Source: a bacterium (GTDB lineage: Bacteria > Zhuqueibacterota > Zhuqueibacteria > Oceanimicrobiales > Oceanimicrobiaceae). Taken from it: 13,709 nucleotides of DNA. The position numbers and the translations under genes are program-made. The notes under the pieces were generated by a model. It searched no databases and was not told the DNA's origin. It was given only the letters and a program-made list of their open reading frames with translations. How positions within the stretch are numbered: the first letter of the stretch is position 1; every line of letters starts with the position of its first letter. The DNA is taken from assembly GCA_046757165.1 (NCBI GenBank), contig JBHHXT010000121.1, positions 1 through 13,709 of the forward strand. The letters run 5' to 3'. This document shows, one piece after another, positions 6,047 to 13,709 of the stretch.

Positions 6047-7504
6047 TCATTTCTCCCTGGCCAGTCGCTCCAGAATCCCCACCAGCAGCTTGTAAAAGTC
6101 CGCAACCGAGCCAATGCGCACGCGTTCGTCTGGCGAATGTGGAAACTCTATCTGCGGGCCGAGCGACACCATATCCATGCCGGGGTATTTTTCGCCGATG
6201 ATGCCGCACTCCAGCCCGGCATGTATCGCCTTGATTGCCGGCTCTTTGCCCAGGACTTGTTTGTGCACCTCTTGCGCGATTTTGAGCACCCTGGAGTCCA
6301 GGTCCGGTTTCCATCCCGGGTACCCCTCCGCTTCTTCGATCTTTGCGCCGGCCAGGGCGCCCATGCTGGCCACGCGGTCTTGAATGGCATGGATAGCAGA
6401 ATCCACCGAGCTTCGGTTGCTGACGTGGATGTGCATCTGGTGGTCTTCGACCTTGACCGAGGCCAGATTCGAGCTGGTTTCAACCAGGTCGGGGATATCG
6501 TAGCTCATCGCCATGACGCCGTGGGGCAGCGTGTTGAGCAGATTCAGCACGGTGCGGGCGCTCTGGCTGTGGAGCATCTTGTCCGCGCTTCTTTCCGAAA
6601 GTTCAAACGTCATCTCCGGTTCAGCAGGCTTGAACTCAGCTTCAATGGCTGAGATTTGTCTCTTGAAGGCAGTCTCGAATCCATCTTTGTCGCCTGGCGC
6701 AATCGCGACGGTGGCGAATGCTTCGCGGGGGATCGCGTTGTGCATATTGCCCCCCGTAAGACTTACCAGATCGAAGGTCATGGTTTTTCTGACCGCAACC
6801 AGGGCACGGGTGAGGAGCTTGACGGCATTTCCTCTTTGCAGGTGAATATCTACTCCCGAGTGTCCCCCACGCAGCCGGTGCAGTTTCAGATCGAGCGCAA
6901 CCGTGCCGGGGGGAACGTCCGTGGTGTTGAGCTCGAGGGTCAGATTGATACCGGCACCGCCCGCGCAGCCGACGTACAGCGAGCCTTCCTCCTCGGTGTC
7001 CAGGTTGATCAAGCAGCGCCCTTGCAGGAAGTCATTGGACAGGCCACCGGCGCCAGTCAGCCCGGTTTCCTCATCCACCGTGAACAGGAACTCCATCGGA
7101 CCGTGCTTGACCGTATCGCTTTCCATGATCGCCAACGCTGCTGCAACGCCGATGCCATTATCCGAGCCCAGCGTGGTGCCTGTGGCCGTGAGATAGTCGC
7201 CCTGCTGCCGGGGCCGGATCGCATCTTTGTCGAAATCGTGTTCTACATCTGCGTTTTTTTCGTTGACCATATCGAGGTGGGATTGCAGAATGGTCACCGG
7301 TGCAGATTCACAGCCAGCGGTTCCCGGTTTGCTCACCACGATGTTGCCGAGGCTGTCCTGCTTGTGGGCAAGTCCGTGCTTCGTGGCACGTTCGATCACG
7401 TACTCTCCCATCTGTTTTTCCTTCTTTGAACCTCGAGGGATGGTAAGAATCTTATCGAAATGTGCCCAGAGCTCTCTGGGGTCCAGATCTGAGACGAACG
7501 TCAT
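6047..7504 (-). CDS. pepD: Aminoacyl-histidine dipeptidase (peptidase D, M20C)
   Basis: IPRGS, LQSHLDMV, TTLGSDNGIG, VDEETGLTGA, NLDTEE, GGHSG, VETSSN, IHAGLECG, HSPDE. GGAGG SD 5 nt before ATG 7504; the longer ORF extension to 7915 is not considered real. Confidence 0.95.
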   Translation of the reverse strand: MTFVSDLDPRELWAHFDKILTIPRGSKKEKQMGEYVIERATKHGLAHKQDSLGNIVVSKPGTAGCESAPVTILQSHLDMVNEKNADVEHDFDKDAIRPRQQGDYLTATGTTLGSDNGIGVAAALAIMESDTVKHGPMEFLFTVDEETGLTGAGGLSNDFLQGRCLINLDTEEEGSLYVGCAGGAGINLTLELNTTDVPPGTVALDLKLHRLRGGHSGVDIHLQRGNAVKLLTRALVAVRKTMTFDLVSLTGGNMHNAIPREAFATVAIAPGDKDGFETAFKRQISAIEAEFKPAEPEMTFELSERSADKMLHSQSARTVLNLLNTLPHGVMAMSYDIPDLVETSSNLASVKVEDHQMHIHVSNRSSVDSAIHAIQDRVASMGALAGAKIEEAEGYPGWKPDLDSRVLKIAQEVHKQVLGKEPAIKAIHAGLECGIIGEKYPGMDMVSLGPQIEFPHSPDERVRIGSVADFYKLLVGILERLAREK

Positions 7505-7600
7505 ACTTTCCTCCATTTGCGATTGTACTTTAAGGTCGGCAGAATCAAACTCTGTGTTTATTAAAGCCAGGGCTCCCGTTCGACCGGGTGTGACTGCTGC

Positions 7601-7629
7601 AATATAAACAGGAGCGTATGATTTTGCAA
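7601..7629 (-). promoter_or_regulatory. sigma70-type promoter for pepD
   Basis: Minus strand TTGCAA-N17-TATATT. Confidence 0.55.
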
Positions 7630-7663
7630 GCATTTTATGGATGTGAATTTGTGGAAATTGTGC

Positions 7664-7692
7664 TTGAAAATGGCAGACCACTTTCTTACATT
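7664..7692 (+). promoter_or_regulatory. sigma70-type promoter for the cyclophilin-ychF operon
   Basis: TTGAAA-N17-TACATT. Confidence 0.55.
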
Positions 7693-7799
7693 GGCGGGTT
7701 CTTCCGAGCAGAGGCGACAGGTAGGGCAAAAGCGAGCTTTTCAGCTTCTTGTCTGTTTTGTTGCGCGCCAACCGCAAATTCATTCGAAAGGAAATTGGT

Positions 7800-8471
7800 A
7801 TGAGGCACAACTTACTGTTCACGTTAGTGATGGGAACCCTCTCGCTCAGTCTCAGTTGTGGCGAGGAAAACAACCGAAAGGAACAAACAGCGATGGAGCA
7901 ACTGGCTGAAAGCACTCCCGACCCCGAACGTCCCCTCCAGACTGAAGCGAGAGCGCTGGCGAATGTCGCGGCAAAAGACCGTGCCGACTACTACGCCAGC
8001 GAACCGCCCAAAACGATTGAGGAGTCAAAAAAATACCTCGCGACGGTGCACACCGAGAAGGGGGATATCGTGCTGGAGTTGGACCCGCTATACGCTCCGC
8101 TGCACGTGAACAACTTCGTCTTTCTGGCGCGTCAGGGGTTCTTTGATGGCCTGACCTTTCACCGGGTGGTGCCCGGCTTTGTCATCCAGGGCGGCGACCC
8201 GCTCGGGACGGGCACGGGAGGCCCCGGCTACTTGATTCCGGCGGAAATCGGCCTGCCGCACAATCAGGGCGTTGTCGCCATGGCGCGGCGCGGCGACTCG
8301 ATCAACCCGGAAAGAAAGTCCAGCGGCAGCCAGTTTTACATCACCCTCGCGCCAACCCACCAACTTGACGGGCAGTATTCCGTCTTCGGCCAAGTCATCG
8401 CCGGCTTTGATGTGGTGCAAAGAATTGCTGTCGGTGATTTGATGATGCGCGTAGAGATCGAGGAAAAATAA
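7800..8471 (+). CDS. Cyclophilin-type peptidyl-prolyl cis-trans isomerase, predicted lipoprotein
   Basis: FHRVVPGFVIQGGDP-x-GTGTGGPGY, AMAR, SSGSQFYI, LDGQYSVFG. Lipobox LSLS-C. AAGGA SD upstream of ATG 7800. Confidence 0.93.
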   Translation: MRHNLLFTLVMGTLSLSLSCGEENNRKEQTAMEQLAESTPDPERPLQTEARALANVAAKDRADYYASEPPKTIEESKKYLATVHTEKGDIVLELDPLYAPLHVNNFVFLARQGFFDGLTFHRVVPGFVIQGGDPLGTGTGGPGYLIPAEIGLPHNQGVVAMARRGDSINPERKSSGSQFYITLAPTHQLDGQYSVFGQVIAGFDVVQRIAVGDLMMRVEIEEK

Positions 8472-8485
8472 CAGCCCAGCGATAA

Positions 8486-9577
8486 ATGCGAATCGGAATC
8501 ATTGGCCTGGACCAATCCGGCAAAACGACCTTGTTCAACGCGCTGACCGAAAGTTCTGGTGCGCCAGAGCAGGGGGCAAAAGGCAAGCAGAGCGCACATC
8601 TCAGTATGGTCAAGGTGCCAGATGTCCGTCTGGACGGGTTACATGAGCTTTTCCCCACTGCCCGCAAAGTACAGGCGACCATCGAATACGTCGACATCGG
8701 CGGCCTTTCCAAAGGCGCGACGCAGCGCAAGGGCTTTCAGGAGCAATTCCTGGCCAACGTTCGCAACGTCGACGCCCTGCTCTGCATTTTGCGACGCTTC
8801 GAAAGCGACCTGGTGGCCCACCCGGAAGGGAGCATCGACCCGGCGCGCGACTGGTCCATCATCCAGGATGAGTTTCTCCTTTCCGACATGGCGATTCTGG
8901 AGAACCGCATCGAACGGTTGAGCAGTGAGGTCAGGAAAGTCAAGGATGACGCGAAGAATCTCGAGCTGGCGCTGCTGGAAAAATGCCACGCCAGCCTGGA
9001 GTCCGAACAGCCATTGCGCGAGCTCGAATTCGACCCGGCCGAAGACAAAATGCTGCGCGGGTTTCAGTTCCTGACCGCCAAACCGGTCTTGCTGGTCTTG
9101 AACATCAGCGAAGATGACCTGGTCAAAGAAGCGGAGGTGGCTGCGCACTACGCGCCCCTCGCCGCGGGCAAGAACAAAGTGCTGCTCTGCTTGTCGGCCC
9201 ATCTCGAAATGGAGATCGCACAACTGCCCCAAGAGGACAAGGCGACCTTTCAGAAAGAAATGGGCATCACAGAGCCGGCCTTGAACAAGATGATTCGTTA
9301 CTCTTATGATCTGCTCGGGCTGATTCCGTTCTTCACGGCTGGCGAACAGGAAGTCCGCGCCTGGACCATCAAAAAAGAGACGCGGGCGCAGAACGCCGCC
9401 GGCGCGATCCACTCCGATATGGAGCGCGGTTTTATTCGCGCCGAAGTCGTCGAGGTTGAGAAGTTGAGCGAACTGGGCTCCTTTGCAAAATGCAAGGAGG
9501 TGGGCGTGCTGCGCCTGGAGGGGAAAGAGTACATCGTCAAGAATGGAGATGTCATTACGTTTCGGTTTAACGTTTAA
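8486..9577 (+). CDS. ychF: YchF/OLA1 family ATPase
   Basis: P-loop GLDQSGKTT, VKVPD-x-RL, DIGG, LTAKP-x5-N, FFTAG-x2-EVRAW, AAGAIHSDMERGFIRAEV, RLEGKEY-x-V-x2-GD, FRFNV end; 363 aa. Confidence 0.95.
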   Translation: MRIGIIGLDQSGKTTLFNALTESSGAPEQGAKGKQSAHLSMVKVPDVRLDGLHELFPTARKVQATIEYVDIGGLSKGATQRKGFQEQFLANVRNVDALLCILRRFESDLVAHPEGSIDPARDWSIIQDEFLLSDMAILENRIERLSSEVRKVKDDAKNLELALLEKCHASLESEQPLRELEFDPAEDKMLRGFQFLTAKPVLLVLNISEDDLVKEAEVAAHYAPLAAGKNKVLLCLSAHLEMEIAQLPQEDKATFQKEMGITEPALNKMIRYSYDLLGLIPFFTAGEQEVRAWTIKKETRAQNAAGAIHSDMERGFIRAEVVEVEKLSELGSFAKCKEVGVLRLEGKEYIVKNGDVITFRFNV

Positions 9578-9592
9578 AGCAAAGGATTTGTC

Positions 9593-10627
9593 TTGAAGGT
9601 ACGGATTGCGGTCGGAATTGTCATCAGTCTGGTTTTTATCTACCTTGCCTTTCATGAGGTCAATTTCCAAAAGATGCTGGCGGTCATCAAAGATGCCAGG
9701 TATGAGTGGCTCTTTCCTGCCATTGTTGCCATGCTGCTGAGCCACTGGTTGCGGGCGATGCGTTGGCAGTACCTCATGGAGCCGGTCAAAGAAATAAAGG
9801 TTCATCCCCTTTTTTCTGCGTTGATGATCGGCTACGCCGCCAACAATATTTTTCCTTTGCGTCTGGGAGAGTTCCTGCGCGCCTTCGCCATCGCCAAAAG
9901 TCAGAGGGTCTCCAAAACCTCGTCTTTCGCCACCGTGATTGTCGACCGCCTGCTCGACATCCTGTCCCTGCTACTTGTGATGGCGGTCACGATCTTCCTT
10001 TTTCCTCTGCCTGAAAACATCAAACGGGGCGCCTACGTGATCTCGGCCGGCACCATTGGCGTCATCGTGTTTATCGTTTTTCTGATGGAAAAGACGGACG
10101 CAACCTTAACGCTGCTCAGTCGGGTTTTGCCAAAAAAAGTGTATGCGGTGGTGCAAAGAATTACGCGTTCCTTTTTGCAAGGGTTCATGGTTTTCAAGAA
10201 GTCAGAGCACTATCTTCGAGTCATTAGCCTGTCTGTGGGCGTATGGTTACTCTATGCCGTGGTTGTGTACATTTCATTTTTCATTTTCGACTTCAATACG
10301 ACTTACAGCCTTGATTTCCATGCCGCCCTGGTTGTGCTCGTCATTATCAGCATCGGATTGATGATTCCCTCCTCGCCCGGCTTTGTCGGGACTTACCACT
10401 GGTTTTGTATCATGAGCCTGTCACTGGTCGCCGCGCCCACGATCCCCAAAAACGATGCCATCAGCTTCGCGGTCATCACCCACGCCATGAATACCATCCC
10501 GGTCACGATTGTCGGTCTTTCCTACTTCTGGAAGGAGAACCTGCACTTCTCCGACGCCGTTTCGGAGAAGGAAGCCGTTGAACACGCCTCAGAAGATGAC
10601 TCTCTGCCAGACACTTTGAGCGACTGA
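9593..10627 (+). CDS. Lysylphosphatidylglycerol-synthase TM-domain / flippase-like membrane protein (UPF0104-like)
   Basis: RAMRW, GYAANNIFPLRLGEFLR, VDRLLD, IPSSPGFVG; multiple TM helices. TTG start with AAGGA SD. Confidence 0.85.
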   Translation: MKVRIAVGIVISLVFIYLAFHEVNFQKMLAVIKDARYEWLFPAIVAMLLSHWLRAMRWQYLMEPVKEIKVHPLFSALMIGYAANNIFPLRLGEFLRAFAIAKSQRVSKTSSFATVIVDRLLDILSLLLVMAVTIFLFPLPENIKRGAYVISAGTIGVIVFIVFLMEKTDATLTLLSRVLPKKVYAVVQRITRSFLQGFMVFKKSEHYLRVISLSVGVWLLYAVVVYISFFIFDFNTTYSLDFHAALVVLVIISIGLMIPSSPGFVGTYHWFCIMSLSLVAAPTIPKNDAISFAVITHAMNTIPVTIVGLSYFWKENLHFSDAVSEKEAVEHASEDDSLPDTLSD

Positions 10628-10752
10628 CTGCCCGCGATTCTATCCGCCATTTTGGCGAGCATTTGAGTTGTTCAATCCACTTTTGCTCGACTCAGCCAGC
10701 TTTTCTTGCAGCAGGTGGGGGGAGCGGTTTCGGGTCAGGGGGTCGAATTTCC

Positions 10753-10781
10753 TTGACATCGCTAATATTTTTACTTAATTT
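10753..10781 (+). promoter_or_regulatory. sigma70-type promoter for amrB-amrA-dgt
   Basis: TTGACA-N17-TAATTT in an AT-rich patch. Confidence 0.6.
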
Positions 10782-10816
10782 AAAGGTGTTTATGACCATC
10801 GAAACCACCACGCACC

Positions 10817-11659
10817 ATGCATACCGTGCAAAAAGATGAGGTCCGGCCGAGTGTCGTGGCGGGCTTCTTCTACCCGGAAACGCGGGAGATGCTTGAACGC
10901 GAGTTGGATGAGATGCTGGAGGCCGCCCCAGCGCAAGAGGTTCATGGTGCCATCAAAGCGTTGATCTCCCCCCACGCTGGATACCAGTACTCCGGCCAGG
11001 TGGCAGCTTTCGGCTATCGGCAACTGCGGAATCAGCACATTCCTGTTATTGCCGTCATTGCTCCCAGTCATTATGATGATTTTCCTGGCGTTTCGGTTTT
11101 TGATGGCCGGGGGTATGAAACCCCGCTTGGCCTGGTACCGGTTGCCACGGACCTGGCCGAAGCCCTGATCGAGCAAGATGAGGTGATCAAATCCTCCAGG
11201 CTTGGGCATGAAAAAGAGCACGCGCTGGAGGTTCAGCTACCGTTTATCCAGAAAGTTCTTCCGCACGCTGAGATTATTCCAATCGTCATCCGCCGACAGG
11301 AGGTTGCCAATTGCGTGCTGTTGGGGCAAGCGCTGAGTACCGTGCTGGAGCACCAACCCGCTCTCATTGTTGCCAGCTCGGACCTGTCCCATTTTCACTC
11401 GTATGAGGAGGCGACCGCCATCGACTCCAGGACCAGCGAGATCATCGAACGGTTTGACGTCGAGCTTTTGAAAGTGGCGGTAGAAACGGGAGAATGCGAA
11501 GCGTGTGGCGCCGGTCCCATCCTCGCGGCCATGGTCGCCAGCAAGAAACTGGGCGCCGACAAAGCCAGCACGTTGATCTACCGCAATTCTGGTGATGCCT
11601 CCGGGGACTATGCAAAGGTCGTGGGCTATCTATCGGCCGCGTTTTATCAAGCGAGCTAA
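10817..11659 (+). CDS. amrB: AmmeMemoRadiSam system protein B (MEMO1 family)
   Basis: R-x3-VAGFFYP, PHAGYQYSG, APSH, ETPLG, EHALEVQLPF, ASSDLSH, ACGAGP, VVGY. Confidence 0.93.
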   Translation: MHTVQKDEVRPSVVAGFFYPETREMLERELDEMLEAAPAQEVHGAIKALISPHAGYQYSGQVAAFGYRQLRNQHIPVIAVIAPSHYDDFPGVSVFDGRGYETPLGLVPVATDLAEALIEQDEVIKSSRLGHEKEHALEVQLPFIQKVLPHAEIIPIVIRRQEVANCVLLGQALSTVLEHQPALIVASSDLSHFHSYEEATAIDSRTSEIIERFDVELLKVAVETGECEACGAGPILAAMVASKKLGADKASTLIYRNSGDASGDYAKVVGYLSAAFYQAS

Positions 11660-11661
11660 AC

Positions 11662-12243
11662 ATGTTCTATCGCCAGCGACTGTTCAAAAAGGAGCAGCAG
11701 CGCCTGCTGGAGTTTGCGCGCCTTACCATCAAGGCGAAGCTGAACCGCGACCAGCCGCCGGGTTTTGACGACCTGACGCACCCCTATACGCTCAAACGCG
11801 GCGTCTTCGTCACCCTGACCCGAGACAAAAAGCTGCGGGGGTGCATCGGCATGGTGCAGGGCGTGAAGCCTCTTTATCAGGCGGTCGCCGACGCCGCGGA
11901 GTCTGCCGCCTTCAACGACCCGCGATTTCCTCCCGTTGCTGAAGACGAACTGCCAAAAATCAATATTGAGATTTCGGTTATTTCGCCTTTGAGAAAAGTT
12001 GATTCGGTCACGCATGTCAAGGTGCCAAGACATGGCGTCTTGCTGAGGTTGGGAAATTCGAGCGGCATTTTGCTGCCACAGGTTGCCGCCAAGAATAGAT
12101 GGGATCGCGAGACATTGCTGGAACATGTTTGCCTGAAGGCTGGTTTGGAGAAGCATTCCTGGAAAGACGAGCTGGCTGAAGTGATGGTCTTTGAGGCCCA
12201 GGTGTTTGCAGAAGAAACCAGCGACAAGCCAGAGGACAGTTGA
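11662..12243 (+). CDS. amrA: AmmeMemoRadiSam system protein A (AMMECR1 family)
   Basis: GVFVTL, LRGCIG, DPRFPP, IEISV, HG, LLPQV, CLKAGL. Confidence 0.93.
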   Translation: MFYRQRLFKKEQQRLLEFARLTIKAKLNRDQPPGFDDLTHPYTLKRGVFVTLTRDKKLRGCIGMVQGVKPLYQAVADAAESAAFNDPRFPPVAEDELPKINIEISVISPLRKVDSVTHVKVPRHGVLLRLGNSSGILLPQVAAKNRWDRETLLEHVCLKAGLEKHSWKDELAEVMVFEAQVFAEETSDKPEDS

Positions 12244-13581
12244 TTGCCTGAGCCGCCTGAATTCACCCTCAGAACCCGACAGACTCTGGAAGAAATCGAA
12301 GCTGCGACCCTGTCACCCTTTGCCCGACGCAGCAAGGGTTCGCACGCGAGTCGTTGTCACGAAGAACCCGAGCATCCCTACCGCACCGCCTTCCAGCGCG
12401 ACCGCGACCGCATTATCCACTCCCGCGCTTTTAGAAGATTGAAACATAAACGGCAGGTGTTTTTGACCTCGGAAAGCGACCATTACCGCACGCGGATTAC
12501 CCACACCCTGGAAGTAGCGCAGCTTTCGCGCACCATGGCGCGCGTCCTGGGATTGAATGAAGATCTCGTCGAGGCCATTGCCCTCGGCCACGATCTCGGC
12601 CACACGCCCTTTGGCCATCTGGGTGAAGTCATTCTGAACAAAATCATGACCGGCGCCAGGCTCTTCGAAGGACAAACGCAGGCCCGCAATTTCGGCGGGT
12701 TCAAGCATAACTTCCAGAGTGTGCGGGTGGTCGACGTGCTGGAGAAAAACTACCCCTTCACGGGCTTGAATCTGACCGCGCCCGTGCGCGAGGGCATTCT
12801 AAAACACACAGGGCTCGCAAGAGGCAAGGTAGACTACCCCGACTTTCTTTACGACGGACTTCATTTTGAACAGGACATCGCCACCACCCTGGAAAGTCAG
12901 GTGGTGGCAATCTGCGATGAGATTGCGCAGCGAACGCATGACCTGGAAGACGGCATTCGCGCCGGGCTTGTCGAGTTGCAGCAGGTGAGGGAGCTCAGAA
13001 TCATTCAAATCATCGAGCAGAGAGCCGGAGTCACGGACCCCATCAGGCAGCCGGAGTACGTTTACCTCGGGCTCATCATTCGCGGGCTGATCAATTACCT
13101 GGTCGACGACGCCATCAAAATGACGATCGCGAATGTCGCGGAGTTTGCCAGCCGCAAGCAGCGACTAAGCGAGTTTGATGAGGATCTGGTTTTCTTTAGC
13201 GATGACCTCGACCCGCTGCAACGTGAGCTGAACAAGTTCATCTACAAGGAAATCATTCACTTTTCGCGCGTGAAGTGGTCCGATGCCCTGGCTGAAAAGC
13301 TGCTCTTTCGATTGTTTGAAACATATTATCAGTACCCTGAGCTTCTGCCCGAAACCCTGCTTGCAAATGAGCTCACCCTGACCAAACAGGAACTCCAGCA
13401 AGAGGAAAACGACCCGGTGAACCGCTTTCGCAACAAAAGGCGCTTTTTCCGAACGGTTTGCGACTATGTTGCCGGCATGACCGACTCCTATGCCGTACGC
13501 GAGACAGAAAGACTGGCCAGGTCTCATCGTATCAAGATCGACGACCTGAGAATCGAGTCTGCGCGGGGCGATCAGGTTTGA
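12244..13581 (+). CDS. dgt: Deoxyguanosinetriphosphate triphosphohydrolase-like HD protein
   Basis: RTAFQRDRDRIIHSRAFRRLKHKRQVF, RTRITHTLEV, GHDLGHTPFGH, FKHN, GILKH, HDLEDG, DYVAGMTD. The TTG start directly follows the amrA TGA. Confidence 0.93.
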   Translation: MPEPPEFTLRTRQTLEEIEAATLSPFARRSKGSHASRCHEEPEHPYRTAFQRDRDRIIHSRAFRRLKHKRQVFLTSESDHYRTRITHTLEVAQLSRTMARVLGLNEDLVEAIALGHDLGHTPFGHLGEVILNKIMTGARLFEGQTQARNFGGFKHNFQSVRVVDVLEKNYPFTGLNLTAPVREGILKHTGLARGKVDYPDFLYDGLHFEQDIATTLESQVVAICDEIAQRTHDLEDGIRAGLVELQQVRELRIIQIIEQRAGVTDPIRQPEYVYLGLIIRGLINYLVDDAIKMTIANVAEFASRKQRLSEFDEDLVFFSDDLDPLQRELNKFIYKEIIHFSRVKWSDALAEKLLFRLFETYYQYPELLPETLLANELTLTKQELQQEENDPVNRFRNKRRFFRTVCDYVAGMTDSYAVRETERLARSHRIKIDDLRIESARGDQV

Positions 13582-13637
13582 CCCCCGGCTCGTTCTTTCT
13601 GCCGGCCGTACCCTGGCGGACACCAGGCGAGGTCCAA

Positions 13638-13670
13638 AACCTTGCGCCGGTTCGAAACCTTCGCGAGGGG
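13638..13670. repeat. REP-like imperfect palindrome
   Basis: CCTTGCG-CC-GGTT-CGA-AACC-TT-CGCGAGG hairpin downstream of dgt. Confidence 0.5.
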
Positions 13671-13709
13671 TCGCTTAGGGTATCCCCGAGAAGCGAGGCT
13701 ACAATTTTC

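Noticed and set aside
7505..7595. Riboswitch in the pepD leader
   Set aside because: Only short hairpins (CCCG/CGGG, CAGAG/TTCTG); no aptamer consensus recognised.
7505..7915. 137-aa N-terminal extension of the pepD ORF
   Set aside because: It runs through both divergent promoters and overlaps the cyclophilin gene. PepD similarity and a strong SD start at 7504.
8639..9805. 388-aa antisense ORF
   Set aside because: Shadow of the well-supported ychF and flippase-like genes; no recognisable motifs.
12244..13581. dGTPase as an anti-phage defence gene
   Set aside because: It looks like the ordinary Dgt type, in a housekeeping operon with no defence or mobile neighbours.

Overview
Bacterial chromosomal window with two parts. 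The left part (72-5662) is an extracytoplasmic redox/flavinylation locus. A minus-strand operon encodes a small c-type cytochrome lipoprotein (CX4CH + CX2CH), a TlpA thioredoxin, a DUF4266-like lipoprotein, a DUF3570-like probable outer-membrane beta-barrel with two flavinylation-type motifs, a Tat-signal NusG-domain-II protein and the flavin transferase ApbE. A divergent gene encodes a DUF2271-like protein with a third flavinylation motif. Each arm has a sigma54-like -24/-12 promoter, and palindromic candidate enhancer sites lie between them. The right part is housekeeping-like: pepD, a lipoprotein cyclophilin, an atypical ychF, a flippase-like membrane protein, amrB, amrA and dgt. Several palindromic or short-repeat elements sit in intergenic spaces (3358-3444, 5732-5981, 13638-13670). 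All family assignments come from motif recognition by eye; no searches were run.
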